DNA from: Dehalococcoidia bacterium
GTDB lineage: Bacteria; Chloroflexota; Dehalococcoidia; E44-bin15; DAOWNJ01
Reading direction: 5' to 3'
DNA length: 49,927 bases
Assembly (NCBI GenBank): GCA_034435115.1
Contig: DAOTXZ010000028.1
Span: 1 to 49,927 of the forward strand
The notes under the pieces were generated by a model that did no database searches, was not told the DNA's origin, and was given only the letters and a program-made list of their open reading frames with translations. Made by a program: the position numbers and the translations under genes. Of this stretch, positions 32,669 through 44,103 are shown in pieces; position 1 is the first letter of the stretch, and every line of letters starts with the position of its first letter.

Positions 32669-33886
32669 CTAGGCTGACTTCGCCCTTAATCCTGTCTCTT
32701 TAACAAAGATGTAAACGAGGCCGCCCAGAACAAACAGTGCGCCGAAGAAGATAAATGCCCCTATGCCGCTCCGCTCCGCTATGGCAGCACCTATTATGGG
32801 GGAGAGAAAGCCCCCCATATTAGACACCGTCATCGCTAGCCCCATAGCGCTCCCCGCGAGTAGTGGGCCAACGCCTTCAACCGTCAGGACACTAGCAATA
32901 ACCAGCGGGCTGACTGCCCCGCCAAGGAATCCACATATAGTAGCTGCCATCCAAAGGGGAGCGCCGAGGAGGATAGAAAACAGAAATACACAAAATCCAC
33001 AAATGAGAAGACTGGGTATAACAAAGACTTTCCTCAAGCCCACCAGGTCAGATATTAAGGGCATGAGTATACCGCCGGGGATACTCGCCCACAGAATGCC
33101 TGAGCACAGGGCACTGGCTGCTGTCTCGCTCATCCCTCTGCCCACGAGGTACATCGGCAGTTGGCCGATATACCCCATATAACCACCCATGAAGCCCAAG
33201 AAGGTCAGGGCACAGAGCCACACGTCGCGGAGGCGGATGACGGCCAAGAAGGAGTCACGCACCGATACCCGCATCACCTGGCTACTGGCGTGGGTGGGCA
33301 CCCTCACCGGAGCCCGCTCCTTGACTGTTAGCAGCCATAGTATGCCGATCACTAATGAAACACCTCCATAGAGAAACATGACGTTTCTCCAGCCGCCCAG
33401 CGCCGGTGACAGAATAGTTCTGCTGATCATGAGGGCCAGTGCCCCACCAACGCCGTAGCAAGCCAATAGGATTCCATTTGCCAGCCCAAGCTGTTTTTCG
33501 GGAAAGAAAATGGCCAGAGCCTTTGGTATATTGACAAAGGCAACAGAGAACGAAACGCCAAATAGAAGCATGAAGACGACCAGTGTCACAAAACCGGTGG
33601 ATGCCCCTCTGATGGCACCGACTATGGCGCAAAGTATGAATCCGATGCCAATGACCCATCGAATTCCGAAGCGGTCGCCGGCGACGCCACCGGGTATCGA
33701 GCAGAAGATGGCGGCCAAAGGGATCATCCCCCAGATGGTCCCCAATTGAACAAGGCTGAGGTTCAGGTCCTGGGCAATCTCCTGGAAGAGAACCGGCATA
33801 CAGGTCCACGCCATGCCGATGACAACGCAGTTGGCTAGACCGGCAAGGGTTAGCACATACCACTTATAAAGCGAGTGTCTGACCAA
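32669..33886 (-). CDS. MFS transporter
   Basis: ~12 hydrophobic segments and a GDRFGIR-type loop motif. GGAGGTG ribosome-binding site before the TTG start. Confidence 0.85.
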   Translation of the reverse strand: MVRHSLYKWYVLTLAGLANCVVIGMAWTCMPVLFQEIAQDLNLSLVQLGTIWGMIPLAAIFCSIPGGVAGDRFGIRWVIGIGFILCAIVGAIRGASTGFVTLVVFMLLFGVSFSVAFVNIPKALAIFFPEKQLGLANGILLACYGVGGALALMISRTILSPALGGWRNVMFLYGGVSLVIGILWLLTVKERAPVRVPTHASSQVMRVSVRDSFLAVIRLRDVWLCALTFLGFMGGYMGYIGQLPMYLVGRGMSETAASALCSGILWASIPGGILMPLISDLVGLRKVFVIPSLLICGFCVFLFSILLGAPLWMAATICGFLGGAVSPLVIASVLTVEGVGPLLAGSAMGLAMTVSNMGGFLSPIIGAAIAERSGIGAFIFFGALFVLGGLVYIFVKETGLRAKSA

Positions 33887-34212
33887 CTTAGCACCTCCAT
33901 AGCCCTAGACCGAGTATTGTATTACAATTCTCCAGTTATTGACACAAGTATATGGCTTTACTTCACAACGCACAACCGTTTTTCACACAAAAAGTGGGCG
34001 GACAATTCACCTTTGCGAAAGGCAGGCGACGAACCCAAGTCCAAGTAAACAAGACCGTGTGATGGTGGGATTCTGCTCGGCGATATAAGGGGAGAGAGTA
34101 CGGAACAGATGTAGGCAGGTGGATAGATATGATAGGCGTTGCCCCCGGGTTCAGGGCACAGGAGTAGGCCGGAGTTAGTTGAGGCATTTTATAAGGAGTG
34201 CCACAATTGAGA

Positions 34213-34241
34213 TTGCACAAAGCAGCCTTTGATTGTATAAT
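34213..34241 (+). promoter_or_regulatory. Sigma-70 type promoter for tRNA-Glu
   Basis: TTGCAC, a 17-nt spacer, then TATAAT, ending 17 nt before the tRNA 5' end. Confidence 0.55.
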
Positions 34242-34257
34242 CTCCTATTGATTTGAG

Positions 34258-34334
34258 GGCGCATTCGTCTAGCGGCCAAGGACACCTCCCTCTCAAGGAG
34301 GAGATCGGGGGTTCGAATCCCCCATGCGCTACCA
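34258..34334 (+). tRNA. tRNA-Glu (CTC), CCA encoded
   Basis: Hand-folded. GGCGCAT acceptor stem, D-arm GTCTAGCGGCCAAGGAC typical of tRNA-Glu, anticodon arm CCTCC-CTCTCAA-GGAGG, T-arm CGGGGGTTCGAATCCCCC, then ACCA. Confidence 0.9.
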
Positions 34335-34341
34335 GGTAGTT

Positions 34342-34371
34342 ACGGGAGCTGCCCTTTATGGCAGCTCCCGT
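34342..34371 (+). terminator. Hairpin after tRNA-Glu
   Basis: ACGGGAGCTGCC / GGCAGCTCCCGT form a 12-bp stem with a 6-nt loop. The T-tract is weak. Confidence 0.5.
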
Positions 34372-34385
34372 TATGTGGAGAAACC

Positions 34386-35087
34386 ATGAGGGTAGTTATC
34401 TTTGGAGATATCCACGGCTATGTCCCTGGCTTTGATATCCTGACCATAGACCTCGTGAGAAGGGTGGTTGATTTGCTGGAGGTAGATGTAATACTTCAGG
34501 TTGGCGATATGTGCTCCTATAATCCCTTCTCCAAACCGGTCTACTGGATCTATGGCAACCGCGATTCTATTAGAATGATAAATGCCCTGGAAAAGGGCAC
34601 CGTAGATATCAAAAACCTAATACATATAAGAACAGGCGAGGTTTTGACCTTCCTCGCTCCTGGTGAAAAACTCACCGTCTCTGGTCTTAACGGTGCCTAT
34701 GAGCCAATATACTATGATTACAATAGGGAGGAACTCGGGGAGGAGGGACTGGGCTGCTTTACAGCGAGCGACGTCAAGAAGTGCCTCGAACTTAGGAATA
34801 TCGATATTTTCCTAGTGCATGGTTGCCCGGCAGGGCTTGGCTTCGGCAGGGAGCCAGATCATGGTGTGCCCGCCATTAGCCAGATATTAGAGGAAGTAAG
34901 GCCAAGATATATGTTCTGCGGTCATGCTCACTTCTTCCACAAAGCAGAGTATAAGGGGTGTAAGGTTTACTCCCTAGAGCTAGCGAACCGGGAGTACTAT
35001 GTCCTAGATACTGCCTCAGACCAGCTAGAGGTGATCGGGATAAACCCTGGCGCACTATTTCCCCAGGGCAATACCCTGAGTAGCTGA
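34386..35087 (+). CDS. Calcineurin-like metallophosphoesterase
   Basis: VVIFGDIHG, GD..., GNRD and GHAH motifs in the canonical order. Confidence 0.8.
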   Translation: MRVVIFGDIHGYVPGFDILTIDLVRRVVDLLEVDVILQVGDMCSYNPFSKPVYWIYGNRDSIRMINALEKGTVDIKNLIHIRTGEVLTFLAPGEKLTVSGLNGAYEPIYYDYNREELGEEGLGCFTASDVKKCLELRNIDIFLVHGCPAGLGFGREPDHGVPAISQILEEVRPRYMFCGHAHFFHKAEYKGCKVYSLELANREYYVLDTASDQLEVIGINPGALFPQGNTLSS

Positions 35088-35145
35088 AAAACGATTCAGG
35101 GACGGTTAGGGTGGTCAATCTATTTAAAAAAGAAATCAAAACCTA

Positions 35146-35174
35146 TTGACAAATCCCAGGTTTTGTGGTTTAAT
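35146..35174 (+). promoter_or_regulatory. Sigma-70 type promoter upstream of rpoB
   Basis: TTGACA, a 17-nt spacer, then TTTAAT. An A-rich UP-like tract lies just upstream. Confidence 0.5.
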
Positions 35175-35314
35175 ATCAATTTGCTGATTTTATGAAACTG
35201 GAAAAAGCCAGGCTATCAATAACCCCCGTAATTATTGTTTGGTTCCCCTGACTAGATTCCTTGCCTGTAATTATCTGGGCTTAGGTGTGATATTGCTTTC
35301 GAGGAGTCAGTAAC

Positions 35315-38300
35315 ATGATTTCAAGTACACTTCGAAGTCCCAAGAAATCCTATGCCAAGATCACCGAAGTCCTAGAGGTGCCCAATCTTATCCAGGTTCA
35401 GCTCAACTCCTTCCGCTGGTTTCAGGAACAGGGGTTAAAGCAGTTATTCGAAGAGATCTCACCCATCCAGGACTTCATCGGGACACGACTTGAGCTCAGG
35501 TTTCTCGATTACTATATTTACCCCCTAACCGAGCAGAGAGAGGATCTCACCGAGGCTGAAAAGCAGAGATACCGCCCAAAGTACTCAGAGCAGGAGTGTC
35601 AGCAGCGGGATATGACCTACTCTGCCCCTCTATATGTCAGGGTCCAGCTTCTGATTAAAGAGACCGGTGAAGTAAAGGAGCAAGACCTATTCCTGGGCGA
35701 CTTCCCCCTAATGACCACCAAGGGGACTTTTATAATTAACGGGGCAGAGCGGGTTGTAGTAAGCCAGCTCATCCGCTCGCCAGGTGTTTACTTCACCCTG
35801 GAACAAGATATCGCTAGCGGGCGAGAGTTATGCTTTGCCAAGCTCATCCCCGATCGCGGGGCATGGCTAGAGTTTGAGACCTCAAGCAAGGATGTAATCT
35901 CGGTAAAGGTCGATGGTAAGCGAAAAATCCCTATTACCACCCTCCTTCGCGCTATAGGCTATGGAAGCGACGAGCAGCTGCTGGAGCTATTTAAGGATGT
36001 GGATACCTCCCCCGACCACCGCTACATTAAAACGACCATGGAGCGGGATCCCTTGGTAACTGGAGAGGATGAGGCCTTGGTTGAATTCTACCGAAGACTG
36101 CGACCTGGTGACCCACCATCCATCGAAAATGCCCAAAGCCTGATAAAAAACCTGTTCTTCAATTCCCGCCGCTATGACCTGGGCAAGGTGGGACGATACA
36201 AACTCAATAGTCGGCTGGGGCTCAATCTCCCCCTCACCCAACGTGTTCTCACCAAACAGGACCTGGTAGAAATAGTCCGCCATATTATCATGGTGAACAA
36301 TGGCATGGATACCCCCGATGATATCGACCATCTGGGCAATCGACGTGCACGCACTGTGGGGGAACTCATTTACAATCAGTTCCGCATTGGTCTTTTGCGC
36401 CTGGAGAGAGTGGTGAAGGAGCGCATGAGCATCATTGACCCGGAGCTGGCAACCCCCAGCGCTTTGGTTAACATCCGCCCCGTTGTTGCTGCCATGAGGG
36501 AGTTCTTCGGGGGCTCCCAGCTCTCACAGTTCATGGATCAAACAAATCCCCTGGCAGAGTTAACCCATAAGCGTCGCCTCTCAGCGTTGGGCCCAGGGGG
36601 TCTATCCAGAGAGAGGGCTGGCTTTGAGGTCAGGGATGTCCACTATTCCCACTATGGCAGGATCTGTCCTATCGAAACACCCGAAGGTCCCAACATCGGC
36701 CTCATCGGTTCACTGGCAACCTATGCCCGGGTTAATGAGTATGGCTTCATTGAGACCCCCTATCGAAAGGTAATCAAGGGGGCTGAAAACACCTCCCAAG
36801 ATATCATCGGCAAGACACTTGGAGAAGCAGTGTTCGACAATGAGGGAAACCTTATTGGGGAAAAAGGGACACTGATCACCCCAGAGATAGCAAGACGACT
36901 GGCAGACCTATCCCCCAGGGTGATCAAGCTGGTGCCCTTTGTATCTGACCAGATTATCTATCTTTCCGCCGATGCAGAGGAAAGATATACCATTGCTCAG
37001 GCAAATGCCCAGCTTGATGAAAGGGGGCAATTTGTCGCTGACAGAATAGAGGTGAGGAGAGCAAACAGGTTCTATAAAGAGGCGCCTGAGAATATCGACC
37101 TGATGGACGTCTCCCCAAAGCAGATAGTCAGCGTTGCTGCCTCTCTGATCCCATTCCTGGAGCACAATGATGCCAATCGCGCCCTGATGGGTGCTAACAT
37201 GCAACGCCAAGCGGTGCCCCTCCTCCGCCCTCAGTCCCCGCTGGTGGGAACCGGGATGGAACGACAGGTAGCCCACGATAGCGGGCAGGTGGTCTTCTCC
37301 CAAACCGATGGGGAGGTGACCTCAGTTACCGGGGAGCGGATCATTATCCGGGATAGGAATGGCAAGGAGCACTGCTACCCCCTCACGAAGTTTGCCCGCT
37401 CAAATCAGGGGACCTGTATCAACCAGCACCCCATTGTGAGCAAGGGTGAACGGGTGGAACAGGGTCAGATCATAGCTGATAGCTCCTCCACAGAGCATGG
37501 CGAGCTGGCTTTGGGGCAGAATATCCTGTGTGCCTTTATGAGTTGGGAGGGATACAATTTCGAGGATGCAGTTATCATCTCCGAGAACCTGGTCAAAGAG
37601 GACAAATTCACCTCAATCCACATCGAGAAATATGAGGTGGAGGCGCGAGATACCAAGCTGGGAGCAGAGGAGATCACCCGGGACATACCCAATGTGGGTG
37701 AAGAAAGCCTGCGCGATCTAGATGAGAATGGGGTAATAAGGATCGGCGCCGAGGTGGGTCCTAACGATATCCTAGTCGGCAAGATTACTCCCAAGGGGGA
37801 GACAGAGCTGACCGCGGAGGAGAAACTCTTGCGCGCCATCTTCGGTGAAAAGGCTAGGGAGGTAAAAGATACCTCACTAAAGATGCCTCATGGTGAAAGG
37901 GGAAAGGTCATTGCAGTGAGGGTCTTCTCTCGCGACAGGGGTGATGAGCTCCCTGCCGGGGCCAATAAGCTAGTGCGAGTATGGGTTGCTCAACGGAGGA
38001 AGATTGTAGTGGGGGACAAGATGGCGGGGAGACACGGGAACAAAGGGGTTGTTGCCCGTATCCTGCCCGTCGAGGACATGCCCTTCCTCCCCGATGGCAC
38101 GCCTGTTGACATTATCCTTAACCCCCTCGGGGTTCCCTCCAGGATGAATCTCGGACAGGTTTTGGAGACCCACCTTGGCTGGGCAGCATACAACTTGGGA
38201 TTCAAGGCCCTCACGCCGGTCTTCAATGGAGCAGATAATAGAGCTATCGAGGATGCCCTTGCTCAAGCATGGATAGCACGGCGCTCGGGGGCGTTCAGCA

Positions 38301-39028
38301 TCACTCCGGAAAACAGGCATTGTATTGATTGGGAGCGTGCCCGGAGGTGGCTTGCTGAGCATGGCTATGATTTCGAGCAGGTATTTGGTGATAAGAACAC
38401 GGGTGAGGCAAAGAGGGCTTGCCTTCGACTCTGGCTTGAAGACCTTGGAATAGCCACCACTTCCCTCACCGACCAGCAGGTTGAAGAGGAGGCAGAAAGA
38501 GTGTTATTGGAAAGGAGGCTCCCCCCACCAACCTTCGGCAAGATGACTATATACGATGGACGAACCGGTGAGCCCTTCGACCAGCCGGTGACTGTTGGCT
38601 ATATCTACATGATGAAGCTGATCCACCTTGCTGAGGACAAGATACACGCCCGCTCCACCGGCCCTTACTCCCTGATTACCCAACAGCCTGTAGGGGGAAA
38701 GGCCCAGTTTGGGGGGCAACGCTTCGGTGAGATGGAAGTGTGGGCTCTCGAAGCCTACGGTGCCGCTCATATCCTTCAGGAGCTTCTGACGGTGAAATCA
38801 GACGATATCTCCGGGAGAGCAAAAACCTACGAAGCCATCATAAAGGGGGAGGATATTGTGGCGGCGGGGGTGCCCGAATCATTCAACGTTCTGGTCAAGG
38901 AACTACAGAGCCTGGGGCTAGCCGTCGAGCTCCTGCGTGAAGAGGAGAGGGCAACCGTCAGTGAGGGCTTGACCACCGAGGTCACCAGCCACGATATAAG
39001 CCTCCTAGGATTTAAGGAGAGTGAGTAA
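35315..39028 (+). CDS. rpoB: DNA-directed RNA polymerase subunit beta
   Basis: Conserved blocks throughout, for example [10 protein letters not shown], the rifampicin region [21 protein letters not shown] and [19 protein letters not shown]. Confidence 0.98.
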   Translation: MISSTLRSPKKSYAKITEVLEVPNLIQVQLNSFRWFQEQGLKQLFEEISPIQDFIGTRLELRFLDYYIYPLTEQREDLTEAEKQRYRPKYSEQECQQRDMTYSAPLYVRVQLLIKETGEVKEQDLFLGDFPLMTTKGTFIINGAERVVVSQLIRSPGVYFTLEQDIASGRELCFAKLIPDRGAWLEFETSSKDVISVKVDGKRKIPITTLLRAIGYGSDEQLLELFKDVDTSPDHRYIKTTMERDPLVTGEDEALVEFYRRLRPGDPPSIENAQSLIKNLFFNSRRYDLGKVGRYKLNSRLGLNLPLTQRVLTKQDLVEIVRHIIMVNNGMDTPDDIDHLGNRRARTVGELIYNQFRIGLLRLERVVKERMSIIDPELATPSALVNIRPVVAAMREFFGGSQLSQFMDQTNPLAELTHKRRLSALGPGGLSRERAGFEVRDVHYSHYGRICPIETPEGPNIGLIGSLATYARVNEYGFIETPYRKVIKGAENTSQDIIGKTLGEAVFDNEGNLIGEKGTLITPEIARRLADLSPRVIKLVPFVSDQIIYLSADAEERYTIAQANAQLDERGQFVADRIEVRRANRFYKEAPENIDLMDVSPKQIVSVAASLIPFLEHNDANRALMGANMQRQAVPLLRPQSPLVGTGMERQVAHDSGQVVFSQTDGEVTSVTGERIIIRDRNGKEHCYPLTKFARSNQGTCINQHPIVSKGERVEQGQIIADSSSTEHGELALGQNILCAFMSWEGYNFEDAVIISENLVKEDKFTSIHIEKYEVEARDTKLGAEEITRDIPNVGEESLRDLDENGVIRIGAEVGPNDILVGKITPKGETELTAEEKLLRAIFGEKAREVKDTSLKMPHGERGKVIAVRVFSRDRGDELPAGANKLVRVWVAQRRKIVVGDKMAGRHGNKGVVARILPVEDMPFLPDGTPVDIILNPLGVPSRMNLGQVLETHLGWAAYNLGFKALTPVFNGADNRAIEDALAQAWIARRSGAFSITPENRHCIDWERARRWLAEHGYDFEQVFGDKNTGEAKRACLRLWLEDLGIATTSLTDQQVEEEAERVLLERRLPPPTFGKMTIYDGRTGEPFDQPVTVGYIYMMKLIHLAEDKIHARSTGPYSLITQQPVGGKAQFGGQRFGEMEVWALEAYGAAHILQELLTVKSDDISGRAKTYEAIIKGEDIVAAGVPESFNVLVKELQSLGLAVELLREEERATVSEGLTTEVTSHDISLLGFKESE

Positions 39029-42000
39029 TGCTTGAGGTAAATGATTTCAATGCAGTTCGTATCTCACTGGCCTCGCCTGAACAGATTAGAAGCTGGTCTT
39101 ACGGCGAGGTAACAAAGCCAGAGACCATAAACTATCGCACCCTAAAGCCGGAGAGGGATGGGCTTTTCTGCGAGCGAATATTTGGCCCGACCAAGGACTT
39201 TGAGTGCTACTGCGGAAAATACAAAAAGGTGCGCTATAAGGGGATTAAATGTGACAAGTGCGGGGTAGAGGTGACAAGGTCCAAGGTACGCCGTGAACGA
39301 ATGGGTCATATCGAGCTCGCCGCCCCGGTTAGCCACATCTGGTTTGCCAAGGGGACACCCAGCCGCCTTGGCCTGCTCCTTGATCTCTCCCCAAGAAACC
39401 TAGAGAGGGTCCTTTACTTCGCCCAATTCATCATCACCCATGTTGATGAGAAGGAGCGCCAGAGAGTCATCCTCCAGAAGAAGGATGAAATCGCCCAAGA
39501 GCTGGCAAGGCGAGAGAGGCAGATAGCGGAGATCAGGACACAGCTGGAGGAGGAGCTTGGAAGACTGGAGCAGGAAAGGGAGGCGGAGAACAAACGCATC
39601 GAGGAGGAGTTCTCGGCTAAGGTGGATAGGGTGATGACCGGTGCCATCCAACTAGAAAGGAGGCTAAAGGACGAGCTAGAAAGGAGAGCAGAGGAGAGGA
39701 TAACCTTTGAAGGCATAACCATTGTCCCCCAGGGGATGGCCATCTCCCCACACCATCTGGCTCAGCTCCGCGAGGCAGCAGAGAGCAGAATCGCGGAGAT
39801 AGAGCGTGAACTTGAGAGGGTACGCCAGGAGAGAAATGAACTGATTGATGCTCAGATCGAGCAAAGAAGGCGCCTGGCGATCGAGCAGATAAATGAACTC
39901 CAGCAGAGGCTTGCCCAAGAGAAGGGGAGGCTACAGGAAAGCCTTGAAAAGATGATCGAGGAGATAGAAGACATTCAGCCACGGACCCTCCTGCCTGAGG
40001 GCAGGTACCGCGAGCTAAAAGAGAAGTATGGGAGCCTCTTCAAGGCCGGTATTGGAGCCGAAGCCATCTTGGAGATCCTAAGTAGTATCAACCTGGATGA
40101 GTTGCGCGACGAACTCCTGAGAGAGATCCACTCCACATCGGGGCAGCGGGCAAAGAAAGCAATCAAGCGGTTGCGTGTAGTAGAGGCTTTCCGAAGGAGT
40201 GGCAACAGGCCGGAATGGATGATACTGACGGTCCTTCCCGTGCTCCCCCCAGACCTCAGGCCGATGGTTCAGCTGGATGGTGGCAGGTTCGCCACCAGTG
40301 ACCTCAATGACCTCTATCGGCGGGTGATAAACCGTAACAACCGGTTACGCCGTCTACTGGAACTTGGAGCCCCCGAGATCATCATTCGTAACGAGAAACG
40401 CATGCTCCAAGAGGCAGTCGATTCCCTGATCGACAATGGCAGGAGAGGAAGGCCAGTTACCACTGGAGGGAGCCACAAACTGAAGTCCCTCTCCGATATG
40501 CTAAGGGGAAAGCAGGGACGCTTCCGCCAAAATCTACTGGGCAAGAGGGTCGATTACAGCGGGCGCTCTGTGATTGTGGCGGGACCTGAGCTCAAGCTAC
40601 ACCAGTGTGGTTTACCCAAGCGCATGGCTCTGGAGCTCTATAAGCCCTTTATCCAGCGCCGCCTTATGGAGCTGGGGATCGCCCACAATATCAGAAGTGC
40701 CAAGCGAATTGTAGAACGGGCGAAACCCGAGGTCTGGGACGTGCTGGACGAGGTGATCAAGGAACGACCCGTTCTTCTCAACCGCGCCCCGACCCTTCAC
40801 CGACTGGGCATCCAAGCCTTTGAGCCGGTGCTCATCGATGGGAGTGCTATCCAGATCCACCCCCTAGTATGCCCCGCTTTCAATGCCGACTTCGACGGCG
40901 ATCAAATGGCAGTCCATATCCCCCTCTCAAAGGCAGCGATCCGAGAGGCAAGGGAGATCATGCTCTCCACCAACAACATGTTGCTTCCCAGCTCAGGGGA
41001 ACCGGTGGTGGCACCCACATTGGATATGGTTTTGGGCTGCTACTACATGACCTCGCTCCAGAGCGGAGCAAAGGGGGAGGGGAAGGTGTTCAGCAGCTTC
41101 GATGAGGCGAGGCTCGCCTATGAGCTGGGCACCATTGACCTCAGGGCAGAGATCGAGGTGAGAAACAGGAAAGGGGAGCGAATAAGAACCAGTGTCGGTC
41201 GCATTATCTTCAACGAGATTTTACCTCACGAGCTAGGCTACCTGAACCAGGAGATGGACAAGCAAGCCCTGAAGAAGCTAATTGCTGATTGCTACAAGTT
41301 ACTGGGCAATCAGAGAACCGCCACCATGGCCGATGAGATCAAGCGCTTAGGGTTTCATTATGCTACCATTTCAGGGACTACCATCTCTATGAATGATATA
41401 AGGGTGCCTGAGGTTAAAGCTAGATTCCTCGAGGAGGCGGAGCAAAGCATCGCCGAGATCGAAAAACAGTACCAACGCGGTCTCATCACCGAGGATGAGC
41501 GCTACAACAGCGCGGTGGACATCTGGACAAACACAACGGAGAGGCTCTCCGATGCCATTGAGGAGTCTCTCCCTCGCTACGGGGGGATATATATGATGGC
41601 GACCTCAGGAGCGAAGGGTAACATCGCCCAGATCAGGCAGATGGCAGGCATGCGTGGCCTGATGACCGATCCATCAGGTAGGATAATTGACTTCCCCATC
41701 AGGTCAAGCTTTCGCGAGGGGCTCTCCGTTTTGGAATACTTCATCTCTACCCACGGTGCCAGAAAGGGTCTTGCCGACACAGCGCTCAGAACAGCGGACA
41801 GCGGATACCTCACCAGGCGTCTAATCGATGTCGCTCAGGATGTTATCATCCTTGAAGAGGACTGTGGCACCACCGGCGGTATCTGGATGCAGGAAGCCGA
41901 GGAGGGGAGCATACTCGCCCCCCTTTCCGAGCGCATTATCGGGCGAATTGCTGCAGCTAGAGTGGTCCATCCCAAGACAGGTAAAACGATCGTGGAGCGA

Positions 42001-43212
42001 AACACGGAGATCGATGAGGAGAGGGCCAGCGAGATTGTTTCCGCGGGGATAACCAGGGTTTATGTCCGCTCCCCCCTCACCTGCCAGTCTCCCCGCGGCG
42101 TCTGCCAGCTTTGCTACGGGAGGAGCCCCGCACAGGGTAAGCTTGTCAGTCTGAGGGAGGCGGTGGGCATTATCGCTGCTCAAAGTATCGGTGAGCCAGG
42201 CACCCAGCTCACCATGAGAACCTTCCACACTGGTGGCGTGGCCGGTGTGGATATCACCAGCGGACTACCACGCGTTGAGGAGCTTTTTGAGGCAAGAACA
42301 CCAAAAGGACAGGCGATTATCTCCGAGATAGATGGGGTGGTGGATATAATGCAAACTGAAGAGGGGCAAAGGATCAGAGTTACTAGCCTCGAGCAGTATC
42401 GAGATGAATACCCCCTCCCCCCGGACTATCGGTTGCTCGTCAGTGATGGGGAGTGGGTCGACATAGGAACCCCTCTGGCCCAGGACCTTCCCACCCCATC
42501 TGAGGAGACAGCAGTCGCCCCTCCGGCGATCCTTGCCAGAGTCGCAGGCAGGGTGATCCTTGAAGGAGATATGCTCTCCATCGCCTATGAGGAGAAGGAG
42601 GAGCGCGAATACCTTATCTCGGCAGCCTCGCGAATTCGAGTAGAAAACGGTGCCCCTGTCAGGGCAGGAGACCAGCTCACGGATGGCACCATCGACCCCC
42701 AGGATATTCTTCGCATCATGGGGAAAGAAGCGGTACAACGCTACCTCGTGGACGAGATACAAAAGGTTTATCGCTCCCAAGGGGTTAATATTAACGATAA
42801 GCATATCGAGATCATTGTCCGCCAGATGCTCCGCAAAGTGCGCGTCGATTCCCCGGGTGACACCGACCTGCTTCCGGGGGAGCTGGTTGACCGTTTTGCC
42901 TATGAAGAGATAAACGCTAAGGTTCTGGCTGAAGGGGGAGAGCCGGCCACGGCTCAGACTGTGCTCTTGGGAATAACCAAGGCATCACTCAATACGGAGA
43001 GCTTCTTGGCAGCCGCCTCCTTCCAGGAGACGACTAGGGTTCTTACCGAGGCAGCAGTCGCTGGAAAGATAGACAGGCTGTTCGGGCTTAAGGAAAATGT
43101 AATCATCGGCAGGTTAGTCCCCGCTGGCCCCTTCCTTCCCCTAGAAACTCGCCTCGAGAAGAAGATCAGCGCCGCGGCGAGACTAGCACTCGAAGAGGAA
43201 ACGCCAATATAG
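39028..43212 (+). CDS. rpoC: DNA-directed RNA polymerase subunit beta-prime
   Basis: Zn finger [35 protein letters not shown], the catalytic NADFDGDQM, and trigger-loop/bridge-helix blocks. TAATG overlap with rpoB. Confidence 0.98.
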   Translation: MLEVNDFNAVRISLASPEQIRSWSYGEVTKPETINYRTLKPERDGLFCERIFGPTKDFECYCGKYKKVRYKGIKCDKCGVEVTRSKVRRERMGHIELAAPVSHIWFAKGTPSRLGLLLDLSPRNLERVLYFAQFIITHVDEKERQRVILQKKDEIAQELARRERQIAEIRTQLEEELGRLEQEREAENKRIEEEFSAKVDRVMTGAIQLERRLKDELERRAEERITFEGITIVPQGMAISPHHLAQLREAAESRIAEIERELERVRQERNELIDAQIEQRRRLAIEQINELQQRLAQEKGRLQESLEKMIEEIEDIQPRTLLPEGRYRELKEKYGSLFKAGIGAEAILEILSSINLDELRDELLREIHSTSGQRAKKAIKRLRVVEAFRRSGNRPEWMILTVLPVLPPDLRPMVQLDGGRFATSDLNDLYRRVINRNNRLRRLLELGAPEIIIRNEKRMLQEAVDSLIDNGRRGRPVTTGGSHKLKSLSDMLRGKQGRFRQNLLGKRVDYSGRSVIVAGPELKLHQCGLPKRMALELYKPFIQRRLMELGIAHNIRSAKRIVERAKPEVWDVLDEVIKERPVLLNRAPTLHRLGIQAFEPVLIDGSAIQIHPLVCPAFNADFDGDQMAVHIPLSKAAIREAREIMLSTNNMLLPSSGEPVVAPTLDMVLGCYYMTSLQSGAKGEGKVFSSFDEARLAYELGTIDLRAEIEVRNRKGERIRTSVGRIIFNEILPHELGYLNQEMDKQALKKLIADCYKLLGNQRTATMADEIKRLGFHYATISGTTISMNDIRVPEVKARFLEEAEQSIAEIEKQYQRGLITEDERYNSAVDIWTNTTERLSDAIEESLPRYGGIYMMATSGAKGNIAQIRQMAGMRGLMTDPSGRIIDFPIRSSFREGLSVLEYFISTHGARKGLADTALRTADSGYLTRRLIDVAQDVIILEEDCGTTGGIWMQEAEEGSILAPLSERIIGRIAAARVVHPKTGKTIVERNTEIDEERASEIVSAGITRVYVRSPLTCQSPRGVCQLCYGRSPAQGKLVSLREAVGIIAAQSIGEPGTQLTMRTFHTGGVAGVDITSGLPRVEELFEARTPKGQAIISEIDGVVDIMQTEEGQRIRVTSLEQYRDEYPLPPDYRLLVSDGEWVDIGTPLAQDLPTPSEETAVAPPAILARVAGRVILEGDMLSIAYEEKEEREYLISAASRIRVENGAPVRAGDQLTDGTIDPQDILRIMGKEAVQRYLVDEIQKVYRSQGVNINDKHIEIIVRQMLRKVRVDSPGDTDLLPGELVDRFAYEEINAKVLAEGGEPATAQTVLLGITKASLNTESFLAAASFQETTRVLTEAAVAGKIDRLFGLKENVIIGRLVPAGPFLPLETRLEKKISAAARLALEEETPI

Positions 43213-43228
43213 CCCTTTATAGAGCCTA

Positions 43229-44035
43229 TTGTCCCAAGCTCGTAAAAGCTATACAATAAAAGGTGTGGAGAGAAGAGCAGTTTCCCTTGAGGTAGATGGG
43301 CTCAAGATTGTGGGTGAAATCTATATCCCCGAAGACCCTGAAGGGAGGCTCTATCCCGCCCTTTGTATCTGTCACGGCATCCCCAGAGGGATACCAGACC
43401 CCAAGGATAAAGGCTATCCCCTGCTTGCGGAAAGGTTCTGTAACGCTGGATTTATCACTATGATATTCAATTTCCGTGGCACAGGGGATAGTGAAGGAAA
43501 CTTTGACCTCCTGGGGTGGGCGAGAGACCTTGAGGCTGCGGTCAATTATCTCTATAACCTTCCGAACGTGGACAAGTCCCACCTCTCGCTAATGGGTTTC
43601 AGCGGCGGTGCTATCGTTTCCCTGTTTGTTGCTGCCAGAGACCCAAGGGTATCCTCTATTGTAACCTGCGCCTGCCCGTTAGAATTCCCTGCCCTCACGG
43701 ATAAGGAGAGGGCAAAATCATTCATTGAGCACCTGCGCAGCATCGGGATAATAAGAGACAATGATTTTCCCCGCTCCCTCGATGAGTGGCTGGACGAGTT
43801 CAAACAGGTAAGCCCCATCAAATGGGTGGGAAAGATCTCCCCCAGACCCATCTTGATCCTGCACGGGGATAGGGACGAGGTTGTAGACCAATCCCAAGCC
43901 TGGGCCCTTTATGCCCTTGCCGGAGAACCTAAGGACATCGTCATAATCGAGGGAGCAACCCATAGGCTTCGCCACTATGAAAAAGCCATCGATGCTGCTC
44001 TCAACTGGCTTAAAAGCAGGTTCGGATTGATTTAG
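43229..44035 (+). CDS. Alpha/beta hydrolase (dienelactone hydrolase / S9-like)
   Basis: Nucleophile elbow GFSGG, a late D (HGDRDEVV) and H (ATHRL) in triad order. The start codon is uncertain (TTG 43229 or GTG 43265). Confidence 0.8.
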   Translation: MSQARKSYTIKGVERRAVSLEVDGLKIVGEIYIPEDPEGRLYPALCICHGIPRGIPDPKDKGYPLLAERFCNAGFITMIFNFRGTGDSEGNFDLLGWARDLEAAVNYLYNLPNVDKSHLSLMGFSGGAIVSLFVAARDPRVSSIVTCACPLEFPALTDKERAKSFIEHLRSIGIIRDNDFPRSLDEWLDEFKQVSPIKWVGKISPRPILILHGDRDEVVDQSQAWALYALAGEPKDIVIIEGATHRLRHYEKAIDAALNWLKSRFGLI

Positions 44036-44103
44036 CCCTCTGGAGAAGCTATAATTAGCTTGGGTTGGTATGTGAGATGGGCTCTGCCAAGGGGGGGATT
44101 AGG

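Noticed and set aside
33963-34220. 85-aa minus-strand ORF in the 370-nt spacer between the MFS gene and tRNA-Glu. I also looked there for a TPP or Moco riboswitch on the minus strand.
   Set aside because: The protein is Cys/Pro/Thr-rich with no start context. I could not find the conserved riboswitch cores (for example CUGAGA...ACCUGAUCUGGAUAAUGCCAGCG for TPP). The spacer remains unexplained, but I have no positive evidence.
39400-39982. Cluster of minus-strand ORFs (Ser/Leu-rich) within 39.4-40.0 kb.
   Set aside because: They are shadow frames of the GAG/CAG/CGN-rich coiled-coil insertion of rpoC.
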